Assembly: GCF_006345805.1 (NCBI RefSeq)
Contig: NC_043009.1
Location: 10,974,001 to 11,038,000, forward strand
DNA length: 64,000 bases
Reading direction: 5' to 3'
Source of the DNA: Octopus sinensis
Lineage: Eukaryota
This document shows, piece by piece, positions 1 to 11,863 of the stretch. Positions within the stretch are counted from its first letter, which is position 1, and every line of letters starts with the position of its first letter. A program made the position numbers and the translations under genes. The notes beneath the pieces were generated by a model. It ran no database searches and had not been told where the DNA came from. It worked only from the letters and a program-made list of their open reading frames with translations.

Positions 1-152
1 CTTTCAATTCATCATCATGTATATATACGTACAAACATATTTTATATGGACAATATATATATATATATATATATTAATATATATATATTATATGTATGTA
101 TGTATATATGTATATGCATCAAATGAAATCAAAAACAGAATACAAAGGATGT

Positions 153-246
153 CGCAGTACACATGTTTCAAGCTTTATAAAACGACCTATTCTTACATCA
201 TTGTATAATCGACATAAAGGATGGTTTAAAGCCCTCTTCAGCCGCA
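153..246 (-). ncRNA. Type I hammerhead ribozyme motif (left arm of foldback)
   Basis: Minus strand reads TGCGG-CTGAAGA-GGGCTTTA...TAAAGCTT-GAAA-C-ATGT-GTA-CTGCG, with all core nucleotides intact. Confidence 0.65.
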
Positions 247-453
247 TGCAATTGCTATACCAGAGACTTACATCACTCTATGTTGACTGATGATACAGTA
301 TGGACGGATTTTCGAAGTCCAATGATACCCTACACACCTATTTGGCTATGATGATTTACAAACACACTTTCTCAGTGAGACTCGATATACCTACAATTAT
401 GTACCTTTCGGATTTTTCATATCGTGATGTAAGTCTTTGGTATAACAATTGCA

Positions 454-545
454 TGCGGCTGAAGAGAGCTTTAACCATCATTTATGTCGATTATACATTG
501 ATGTAAGAATAGGTCGTTTATAAAGCTTGAAACACGTGTACTGCG
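454..545 (+). ncRNA. Type I hammerhead ribozyme motif (right arm of foldback)
   Basis: Stem I 5' TGCGG 454-458; core CTGAAGA 459-465; stem II GAGCTTTA 466-473 / TAAAGCTT 521-528; GAAA 529-532; C-ACGT-GTA 533-540 (palindromic loop III, GUA triplet); stem I 3' CTGCG 541-545. Confidence 0.7.
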
Positions 546-874
546 ACATCCTTTTTGTTCTGTTTTTGATTTCATTGATACATATACCCTCTCACCTCTG
601 CTACTAACTGGCGTATACAGGTGCTTATACTTACCAAGTATTCACCCTGAATATATAATATATATATTATATATATATATATATATAGGTATGTATGTAT
701 ATATGTATATATATATATATATATATACATAACAAGTAAAAGTTTATATTTTTCACTCCCTTCGAAATTTTGTCTTAAAATGTGGTTTTGGTCGTTTTGA
801 CTGTGTCTTCTATCGTATAAAAATTACCTATTAAAGGTAGTTTACTCTTGTGTTTAAATGTACACTATTTTAAA

Positions 875-909
<35 letters not shown>

Positions 910-936
910 GTGTGTGTGTGTCTGTGTGTGTGTGTG

Positions 937-1414
937 TATAATAAAAAGTTGGGTACGATCAGTACCTATTTGCTTGAAAGAGGATTTAAACCCTCACAAA
1001 GCACGCATCACTCACTATATGTAGACACGCACGGAGAATATAGCCAATACTTTTCTCCGAAACAGTCCTTCCACTTGTATGATACATAAAGTAAAATACA
1101 AATAAGATCATAGACATTCTGGTATCAATCGATTTCGCTTTCTCTGTTAAACCAACACTCAAAGCGCGTCAGCCAGACTTACTACATGAACTATTTAAAA
1201 ACACACGCAGAAAGCGAAATCAATTGAGATCAGAATGTCTATGATCTTATTTGTATCTCACAATATGTATCTTACAAGTGGGAGGACTGTTTCGGAGATA
1301 CATATTAGCTATATCTCTATGCGTGTTTACATATAGTAAGAGATGCGTGGTTTTGGAGGGTTTTAACTCCTCTTTCAAGCAAACAGGTAATTTTCGTAGC
1401 CTGACTTTTTATTA
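937..1414. mobile_element. Second foldback element: ~210-bp inverted arms (937-1146 and ~1205-1414), unrelated in sequence to the first
   Basis: tataataaaaagt..tttgcttgaaagagga..ctccgaaacagtcc..caaataagatcatagacattctg..gatttcgctttct recurs in reverse complement at 1205-1414, more diverged than the first foldback. Confidence 0.8.
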
Positions 1415-1703
1415 TACACACACACACACACAACACATGTATACATGTATACTATATATAATATATATATATATATATATCTATATATATATATATATTA
1501 TATATATATATATATATTATATATATATACATAAATTTACATCTAATATAGGATAAACTTTTTCGAAAAAATTTTATCAATGGCCAGCATATTAAAGGTT
1601 AAATTTGTAAACAACTTATAAATAAGGGCAAAAAAAAAAATTCTAATGCCAAATATGCCGAAACTAGACTCATTGTCCATAAGTTGTATAGACATATATA
1701 TAC

Positions 1704-1762
<59 letters not shown>

Positions 1763-1772
1763 TACATACATA

Positions 1773-1817
<45 letters not shown>

Positions 1818-2036
1818 TACATACATATATATACACACACGCACATATATATATATGTATATATTTAAAATAGTGTACGCAAAATATATTTTGCGCATTT
1901 GAATAATGCTTGCTGGCCAATTTATCATTATTTTTATATTTAATGTTAAATTTGAATATATGTGCGTATATATATACACGTATTCGTGTATAAATATATA
2001 TACATATACATACGCACTCGCACGCTCGCAAACGCA

Positions 2037-2390
2037 CATCATCATCCTCATCCTCACCATCATCCTCATCACGAAACACAGCATTGATTATACTTCGATC
2101 AACATAGCTTTATTTAGATGTATATCGATCCTCATTAAATTTAAGATGGCAAAATCGAGAGAGTAACAAGCCTTTTGATACTGTTTCCTCCACTTCCTCC
2201 TCCTCATCATCATCATCATCAACGTTGTCGTCGTCATCATCATCATCATCATCGTCATCATCGTCATCATCATCATCATCATCGTCATCATCATCATCAT
2301 CATCATCATCATCAACGTCGTCGTCGTCGTCATCATCATCATCATCATCATCATCACCATCGTCGTCGTTGTCGTTGTCGTCATCTCAGT
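2037..2390. repeat. Compound (CAT)n/(CGT)n trinucleotide microsatellite
   Basis: Direct reading; it generates the poly-H/S/M/T ORFs in the track. Confidence 0.9.
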
Positions 2391-3468
2391 ATGGTTTGCT
2401 ATTACCAGCTTGAATGGTATCGATGAACATCATGTTTGTGTGCGTGAGCGTGCGTGTGAGTAAGTGAGTGCACGCGCGCATGCGTATGTATCTGTGTGTG
2501 TATCCCTAACTATACTATAAATCTGTCCAATTTTTTTATATCATCAATTACCGTAATTCTTAATTTCGATCTTACTCTATTTATTTTGCCTTCTATTGAT
2601 ATTTAAAATATCTTTCCTAATTAAATGTCCAAAATACTTTAGTTTTCTCTTTTTATGCCCAATTTTTCTATTTTGCCATTGATTATGAGATCTTTCATAA
2701 TGTTCTCAAAAATGACCGTTGGCCTACATCTCAATTCATTTGACGGTAGTTTCGCTGATGGCCATTTTCCCACACCCTATTGTAGACTTTACCATAATTA
2801 TATCTTAATTACCTTTCTTTCCAGTAGTATTAAACAGATACATCTACGACGGAGTTAAATTTTAAATAGTTCGTATTTAGCCTTTATGATTTATTAGCCA
2901 TCAATAAATTCAAAAATGGAGTATTATATGGATTTCAATATACTCACGCCATTGCCCTTATTCTATCATTTTATTTCAGACAGTGTTTATGTTTATGTTT
3001 AAGAAATGAGATTAAAGAAATAATATTTTTCATAATGGGAATTGAATGCAATGTTCTTCAATATATTTATGCAAATTTGAATGCCATGCAAGTTCTTATC
3101 CGTATCAGTTTGAGAGGATTTCTCATGAAAATCAGTGACACTTCTACTCATTACAGTGCGAAATTTTATTCATTTAAAATTATTTTTCTACCTTTCTAGG
3201 CTTAGGTAGTGTGATGTGCACTTAACTCTTTGTCCTTTATACTGTAGGTACCTCTGGGAAATGTCCTTTGTACTGTATGCTCATTGATCGTTATCATGCT
3301 AAAATGTAGCCGCGCTGCACCGTGTTGCTTTAAAAATAATACACATGAACTCAAGGTTATAACTTCAATTGATTTTATGCTGTGAACACAAATCAAAGAG
3401 CAGATTTATAGGCATATTGCACCTATTCTACCATTATTGCTTAATGTAGTTAATCTTTCTTGGCGACT

Positions 3469-3824
3469 GGTAGCTTGCTTAACAGCCACATGTTTTCGGG
3501 TTCAGTCCCACTGCGTGGAACCTTGGGCAAGTGTCTTCTACTATAGTCTCTGGTCGACCAAACACTAGTGAGTGGATTTGGTAGACGGAAACTGAAAGAA
3601 ACCTGTCGTGTATGTGTTTATGTAATGTGTGCGTGTGTGTTTGTGTGTATTTGTTCGCCCCAACATCGCTTGAAAACCGATGCTGGAGTGTTTACGTCCC
3701 CGTAACTTAGCGGTTCGGCAAAAGATGCCGATAGGATAAGTACTAGGCTTACAAAGAATAAGTCCTGGAGTCAATTTCCTCGACTAAAGGCCGCAGTCAA
3801 TTGACTGAAACAAGTAAAAGAGTA
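3469..3824 (+). mobile_element. SINE-like family A (bipartite; halves joined by a TA/TG microsatellite)
   Basis: Left half gggttcagtcccactgcgtgg..gacggaaactgaaagaa; right half ccccaacatcgcttg..ttagcggttcggcaaaa..gactgaaacaagtaaaagagta. Many near-identical copies in the window. Confidence 0.85.
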
Positions 3825-4578
3825 TCCTAATAGACGATGAAACCTCTCAATTGAATTGAGTTTGGCAGGGATACACAACATGAACTAGAGGAACTAGCAA
3901 GAGAGAGACATTGCTTGCGAAGCATTGTAAAAACGCTTTTATTTTCTGGTAGCTTGAGTTAGACGAAGATTCGCCAAATTAACAATAGTATTCTGCGCGC
4001 ACATACACTCACGCACGTACATCTATAATTTATTCATTTACGTTATAAAGGACAACAAACCGTCATTCATACTAAAAGTGAGTGTGTTTTCATAGTCCTT
4101 TCATTGGTTGAGAGTTGTTAGTGATACCAGTGAGATTGTATAAAGAGTACGGCGTCGAATTTTGGTTCACAACATTGAGTTTCGTACTTCAATCATGATG
4201 GAATGTTCATAACTGTAGAAAAATAATTACTTTTCCTGATTTCAAAAATTCCTTGACTTTAGGTGTACGTGTGTGTTCATGTGTGTGTGTATGCGTGTGC
4301 GCATGCGATGTGCATGTCTGCATATGTATGTATGTGTGTATATGTGTGCATGGATGTGCGTGGGTCTATGCGTGAGCTGCTACGTTTTCCCATACTGAGT
4401 TACTAACTTGCACTTAAAAATTTAAATCAATGTGTTCTATATGTATATATATATATATACGCTTATGCTTACATATCTATTTACATACAAAAGTGTATAC
4501 ACAAAAGATATGTACATATACAAATAAATGCATACATAGATACATAAACACACATGCACGTATATATTTGTATATATA

Positions 4579-4633
<55 letters not shown>

Positions 4634-5170
4634 ATATGTATGTATGTATATATATATACATAGGTATGGAAATGTATATACATATGAGTAACACCAGATG
4701 TACAAGTGTAAATTCATTAAGGCCTTTTCAAAAGAATTCTTTAATTGATTAATGAAAACATTATACCATTTGAAAGAAACCGTTCACACGGCAGGAATAT
4801 CGGGTACAAACACCCCTGCTCGGAGTCTTGATATTCAATATTCAATTAATATAGTTTGGGTGTTCGGATTATATCAACCTAGCAAGGTGCCGCAATTTAA
4901 CAACCTGAGTCAACGGATTCTTAATTATATATACATATACATATACATATACATACATACATACATATATATATATATACATATCACACACACACACACA
5001 CGCACAACACACCACACACACACACACACACATATATATACGTACACACACGCACACACGCTTATATAATATAACGGCGGTGCATCAGCATGGCCGCAGC
5101 TCTGAGCTGAAATTAGTGAGAAATATATATACATATACATATATACACACACACACACCCATATATATAT

Positions 5171-5240
<70 letters not shown>

Positions 5241-7189
5241 AATATATATATGCATATGTCTATGTATACATACATACATTGATATGTGTATGCGTGCATG
5301 TGTAGAATATATTCATAGGGACAAAGGAATAAATGCTGATATATCAACATTGGCATATTTCACTGTGGAATTAAAGCTCTCTAACTTTTCCTATATTGTA
5401 TTCATATTTCATAACAACACTGAATGGGTATATATTTGGTTATATAATGAGATAGAGTCTATTCTACTCTTGAGTGTACATGTGTGTTTATGCATGTAGG
5501 ACACTCCCTGAAAGTCGATAAAATCAATAATACATGATAGAGAATGGTAAAACCATTTATATATCGGTAGTTGTAGCATTCATTAATAATAACAAAATAG
5601 CACGTTCGCATATAAAGGTAAAATGTTACGCATATGCGTACATACATACATACTTATATACATGCGTTCATACGTATGCACCCATACAAACATACACACG
5701 TATATGATAATATATGTTTAATTCATAACAAAATAAAAACAGCGCAGTGGAGCAGCAGGATGTGTTGGAGGTGACGTGATATTCCTTATCATCTTGAAAG
5801 TCTATATTTTATTATTCACTTACCATAACATCGATAGAACCGTTTCTGGCATATCAAATAATTATTAACTTTTACTCATTCTCATAATTCCATTAACGGT
5901 TAACAGAAACAGCAATGTCATATATTTTTGATCGATTATTTGTAAAAAAGTTAATTTCATAGACTGAAATCTGTGAAAATATTCAATAAATCTTCTTGAT
6001 AATACTTTTTTTTATTCTCTTTCCAATTTATTCCAGCATAAAAAATGTATTCTAGAAATAAATAAATGAATATATAAAATACAAACATGCAATGATAATA
6101 TTCGCATATTTTAAAACTAAGCCATAGCAACTGTTGTAGTACACCTGATAGCTTAATGTAAAAACAAGTTAGCAATAGGGTTTCAGTTTCTTTTATGCAA
6201 ATGTGCTCCACTTAAACCTGAAAATTTCTTTTCTCTTTTGTAGTTTGGAAAATGAATAAATTTCACAACCTCGTTATTTCACTTTCGGTTAAAATAAGAG
6301 GTGAATTTGTAATCTAATAAACTTGGACCTTGCAAAAGAGGCAATTTCAATATTTTCTTCATATTTTCGAGTAGTAAACGATATTTGTTCCTACTCGTGT
6401 CACCTCGATTCAAGCAAAATTCGAGATAGCAATTTACGGAAATTGTTACAAATACTTTCACACATATCAATGCAAACCAGTTTTTGCTGTTTTAACAAAA
6501 GCAAAAGCAGACTTTTGCAAATTCTAATTCAGATTGCTTTTACAAGTTAAGAAAATATTCATTAGTTTATATTCATATATTGTCATTAATAATGTCATAA
6601 CAAATAGCATCATTCTTACTCCTGGTTATTTCATGAGAGTATTTCAAATATGTATTGCAAGTTAGAAAGAGTACCATCTCGCACTGTTTAGAATGTCAGG
6701 GTGAATAAAACATGACAGTTAATTTACTACTCCGTTAATCCAGTCAATTTGTCCTTTGTATGTCAATACACACAAATACATAGGTAAATACATACATAGA
6801 CATATACATATACATTCATATATATATATATATAATATATATAATATACATATATATACATATACATACACCAATATATATATACACAATAAAAAGCCAG
6901 GTTTCGAGAGACGTGAATCATAAATACATAACAAACGATGGATAGATGTCATTTCCTTACAGCTGTTTCCAACGAATTTTTTAATTGTTTAAAGTGTACA
7001 TTGTGTCAATATAAAAGACTGTTTTTACTTCAAATGAATACACTAAAGGACATTTAGGAACATTAAAAAACATTTACAATCCACGGCATGTCCATATTTT
7101 TTCATTCCACGGCCATCGTCTGCGTCTGTACGCATTAATCAATTAAAAAATTCGTAATGAACTAATTTTCCATCGTTTCTTATATATAT

Positions 7190-7234
<45 letters not shown>

Positions 7235-8139
7235 CAAAGACTGATTCTCAAATGTCATACAATCACACACACTACAAGATATTTCATCCCATTTTCTTAA
7301 GAAAATTTAATTTTCATATCAGTACGTAATTGAAGAAAATATACCTCTATTACTTCTCAAATTTCATTCCTATCATTGCTAATATGTGTGTATGAGTGTA
7401 TATATATATATATATATATATATATTTACATATATATATGCGTGTTTTTTTATGTGCGCGCGCGAGTGTGTGTGAAAGTAATTACTAAAGTCGAACGTTT
7501 CCTTTTTCCAAATATGGAGATTAGCTTTGTCCTGAAAATGTTGCATATTTTTTGTACCATACAGTGCTAAATGCATCTTATAGAAAGTTTGTACGCTAAT
7601 GGTACAGAATGTCTTCACCCCAAACATAGAGAAACATTTAAAAGATACCCTTGTAGTGAAGTATATTATAAGGTTAGATCATGCATAATTCTGATATAGA
7701 ATGGATTTTTGATGTATACTTAAAATTCTCGGGAAAATGGCATAGGTTTCAGAAAGACTGAGTTCAAGTCCATTATCTTTCGTCAACTTTTGGCTAACCG
7801 CTTCGATAAGTGTAAACTATATCGGCATAACAAGGCAAAGAAGTGAAAACAGAATGTGATTAATAATCTAGATACAGCCTAGCTGAAAACGTGCTTGTAT
7901 ATCACTAATATTTATTGCACAGAAAGATAATTTAAGACCAGCATAAATATACTTGACTGTGCAGAATATCTTCCGTTCTAGCGGCTCGCATCTAAATGGA
8001 GTGTAATGTTCAGAGTTTGTTATTTCCCCCTTTTCCAAGGATTGTGTACAAAGGTGATCAAAGAAAAACACCACGTAGCGCCTGTCAAGGTTTTGTATTC
8101 ATGTGTTTTTTTTGTCCAGAACACCCGAGTTCTACTCAC

Positions 8140-8301
8140 CTCATTTTTTTACATTTGGGATTTCGAAGGTGCGAATTCCAAGTAATAATCGCCAAAGATC
8201 TAAAATCTCTTCATATAGTTTATTGCGACAAAGTAATCTCAGATGCGAGTAGCAAGTGAAATCCTTTGTGTGTGATGGAACTAACATTGCAAAGTTTGTG
8301 G
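8140..8301 (-). CDS. Putative internal exon (TNFAMLVPSHTKDFTCYSHLRLLCRNKLYEEILDLWRLLLGIRTFEIPNVKK then TGA)
   Basis: Acceptor acttatttcccaag; donor G|GTGAGT; 162 nt with one frame open for 52 codons. Phase-compatible with the upstream MASTSSIMRATR-G|gtaagc segment (9380-9344). Confidence 0.3.
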
Positions 8302-8986
8302 CTTGGGAAATAAGTAGATTGGTATTCTAATAAATCGGAAATTTATGACTTAATTGAAGAAGATATTTATCTATCATTAAGATATTTTAAACAAATAAAA
8401 TTATTTCTCTATCTCACATAGAGAAACTACAAATAAATCAAATTGCATTGGACAGTTACAGAACAGCTTCGCCGTTCTGTATGCAACTCAGGAAAGGCTG
8501 GTTCATGGCACTTTGAATTTATACCGAATTTATCCCGAATTTATCCCGAATTTATCCCGGCAGTGCTCCCCCGGTAGCACTGCAAGGCCAGGAATTTCGG
8601 AGAATTATCCATAGATCCCGACACGAAAATCCCCCGGAACAACTAGCCAGCTAATTTTCGTCGACGCCCAGAGTCTTCCCGAAAACGTCGTCTCACTTGG
8701 CCGTAGCTACATTTTCCTGTTCTTAGGAAATTTTCCTGTTCTTAGCATGAATATGAATTCTCTCGCTGCGAATATGACAACTCGGCTTTCTATCCTCGAC
8801 TGCTACGAATAGTTGTGTACCATTAGGGAAGCTGACAAGCCAGGAATGACTTCGATACTCTTCTAGTCGGTCCGGATCAATTATTGTATTTCTGTGCTTG
8901 ATCAATTTTACCTTCTTGTGGCCACCAGTAAAGGGATGTTATATGCTACCTTTATTTTAAATACCCCCAACCGATGTATGTCAGAA

Positions 8987-9521
8987 TTAGAAACAGTTCT
9001 TTATATTGGAAGTGGTGGTGGTTGTGGTGGATTTGTTGTTTCCACTTCTGGTGGTACATTTGCCGTTGTTACTGCTGTTTGCTTTACCTCCGTTGTCCTT
9101 CCGCATACTTAAAGCCGTACTACTATCGGTAATGGTGGTGGGTTGGCGGTGTGATTGTGATGTTTTCCTGCTGGTTTTTCCTGCGATTTTGCCAGCTTCT
9201 AGCAACCAAGCGGTATTGAGAATATTGTTGTTGATGCTGTTGCCTATACCGTTACCTCCACTCCCCCCTGTCAGCTGGTAGTCATTTAGTGGAGTGGGTG
9301 AAAGAAGAGAATGAAAAACTTCGGTTGTAGGAGGTTTGCTTACCCCTCGTTGCCCGCATGATGGATGATGTTGACGCCATTTTGTATACATATTTTCTGT
9401 TTTAAATACTAAACAGGCACTTTTTGGGAGGGCAAAATATTGCCCCTTATGGAGTAGAGTAACAAAAGAATACCAGTCAAAAAATTTCTGTTGCTCTCGG
9501 TAACAAATAATATCATAAGCC
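8987..9521 (-). CDS. Putative terminal coding exon, 177 codons (AYDIICYREQQKFFDWYSF...NIKNCF*), unknown protein with a low-complexity N/T/G-rich C-terminus
   Basis: The frame stays open 43 codons upstream of the tracked ATG (9391), back to a strong acceptor ttttttattgctttctgtgcag (AG at 9523-9522). The stop is followed about 30 nt later by AATAAA (minus strand, 8956-8951). No protein family recognised. Confidence 0.45.
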
Positions 9522-9974
9522 CTGCACAGAAAGCAATAAAAAATCGGTGAAAACGATTATTTTGAATGTGACTTATGCAACATGTTCAAAAATACGTGTG
9601 ATGTATTCCACAGCAAATATAATAATAATAATGATAACAATTTTAAGTGGGATTGGCAAGTCGAGTACATCGACCCCAGGATTGGACGGCTCCTTTTTTT
9701 TAACGGACCAGCAGGCTAAAACGAAAGTTGAACACGGTGGGGTTTGAACATAGGGCGTCGGCAGCAAATACCACGTGGCATTTGTTCCCAGTCTCTTCGG
9801 ATTATGCCAGTTCATCGCCGTAATTATAGTTATAATAATAGAAATAGTCGAATCGCTGCAAGATTTAGCGATTGTCTGCTGCTAGTATAAATATATAGTA
9901 AGTTGCTGTTAGGTCTGTCAGTCAAAATAAGTAGAAATTTTAGAGAACTGGAAGCCTATTTTCGACCGACTTAC

Positions 9975-10118
9975 CTCTTGCTTTAATCTTACTTTAGTCA
10001 CACAATGGATTCGGTTGTCTACTAAGTGTTCCTCATTATATTAGTGTCGTTATACGAAATCACAATTCTTTATACAGAGGATGATACATAATACTGGTAG
10101 CCATTGCAGGCAACCTTC
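9975..10118 (-). other. Putative non-coding (5'UTR-type) exon
   Basis: Acceptor tattttattttgtggcttttag and donor GAG|GTAAGT; 144 nt; stops in all three frames. Confidence 0.35.
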
Positions 10119-10457
10119 CTAAAAGCCACAAAATAAAATATAATCTTCCAATTCAAACGGTATTTGTATGTATTTATAGGAATTTTTTTAAAGACATTTC
10201 TTTTCTGATCTATTTACGTTATGTACTGTCTCGAATATATAATAGCATACGCAATATATCGAATAACTGATTACGGGTTTGACCTTTAGAACATACGATT
10301 TATGTATCAATATATTCTTCTGTCTTGTATAACTTATTGTCTTGATATTTTCTTAAGTTTATATGTAGTGAGTGTGTGTACAAATGTGTGTACTTGGTTT
10401 GGGCGAATGGAAATTATTTAATAATATATTTCAATATCTATCGCCCTGTGGTGTGTG

Positions 10458-10527
<70 letters not shown>

Positions 10528-10566
10528 GTACATATGTTTGTATATATATAAATATGTATGTGTAGA

Positions 10567-10597
<31 letters not shown>

Positions 10598-10799
10598 CGC
10601 GTGTGTGTGTGTGTGTGCGTGTGTGTCTGTGTGTATGTACATATATACACACGTGTATATATGTACATACATGTATATATTCATATATGAATATTTATAT
10701 ACTCATAGAAACACACGCATAAATGTGTGTGTGACTGCGCCTCATTATAAAGTCTATATATGTTACTGAGTGTCTTGTGTGGTCTGAGTTTAGGTTATT

Positions 10800-11170
10800 A
10801 TAACCAGTGGTCCAGAAGAAATTTTGGATTTCTGTTTTTCATTGTATTATGAATAAAATTATGTCTCTTTCATGTCCACTACAATCTCTTTTGTCGCTAG
10901 ATAGTTTGCTAATTATTTTTGTGTCCTGAATGAAGATGATTCTACAAATTAGATGACGTTTCACTGTGTTAAAACGCAACATATTTTTTTTAGTATTCAA
11001 AATAGTTTGCCTACCTACTTCTTTGGTTAGGGAAGAACTAGTGACACACAACGCTCTGCTTTACTTCTTGATTTTTTCTAGGTTGGGGGACTATGTCATC
11101 AGAGCAGTGTAGAAATTCTGGAGAGACATTGTTTAAAGAGATATTGTTGTAGTACAATGGAATATCTATC
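10800..11170 (-). pseudogene. Degraded transposase-like fragment (Tc1/mariner-like)
   Basis: Stop-riddled reading; shares ctagtgacacaca with the fragment at 13230, suggesting one broken element. Confidence 0.3.
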
Positions 11171-11175
11171 AAAAT

Positions 11176-11280
11176 GATTAACCCATTCATCCATCCATCC
11201 ATCCATCCATCCATCCATCCATCCATCCATCCATCCATCCATCCAACCATCCATCCATCCATCCATCCATCCATCCTTCC
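11176..11280. repeat. (ATCC)n microsatellite
   Basis: Direct reading. Confidence 0.9.
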
Positions 11281-11446
11281 CTTCATACATACATACATAC
11301 ATACATATGTACTTGAATGTATACATCGACAGTTCAGCCAATGCACCAACGCGAACACTTATTTACATACTGGTCTCATCAGTTTGTTAGCCACCGTCTC
11401 GAATTTTCTCAAGTGCTTATATAAAACTGGAAGAGAATACATGCAT

Positions 11447-11863
11447 ACATACATATATACCTACATAAATACATACATACATACATAAATACATAAATTC
11501 ATACATACATACATAAATACATAAATACACGCATACATAAATAAATAAATACATAAATACATACATACATAAATACATACATATATACATACATGCATAC
11601 ATAAATACATACATACAAACATGCATACATACATACATACATAAATAAATACATAAATACATACATACATAAATACATACATCAATAAATACATACATAA
11701 ATACATACATACATAAATACATACATACGTAAATACATACATACATAAATAAATACAAACATACATACATAAATACATACATACTTACATAAATACATAC
11801 ATACATAAATAAATACATACATAAATACATACATACATAAATACATACATACATACATACATA
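11447..11863. repeat. Degenerate (TACA/TAAA)n array; (TATG)n tail of the adjacent RTE-derived element
   Basis: Direct reading; abuts the 3' end of the element at 11864. Confidence 0.85.

Larger units (their letters stand above)
111..586. mobile_element. Foldback element: ~165-bp inverted arms (111-276 and 424-586) around a ~147-bp spacer; probably a Penelope-like pLTR-derived inverted repeat
   Basis: The reverse complement of 111-276 aligns with 424-586 at about 92% by eye, e.g. gtgatgtaagtc..ggctgaagag..aaagcttgaaac..ctgcgacatcc..gatttcatt. Each arm carries a hammerhead core. Confidence 0.85.

Noticed and set aside
287-320. CTGATGA in the foldback spacer
   Set aside because: It is not followed by a stem II and GAAA (reads GAAG).
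5957-6490. ORFs 5957-6211 and 6279-6470 as further exons of the minus-strand gene
   Set aside because: Acceptors exist, but donors and frame cannot be chosen unambiguously and no homology was recognised.
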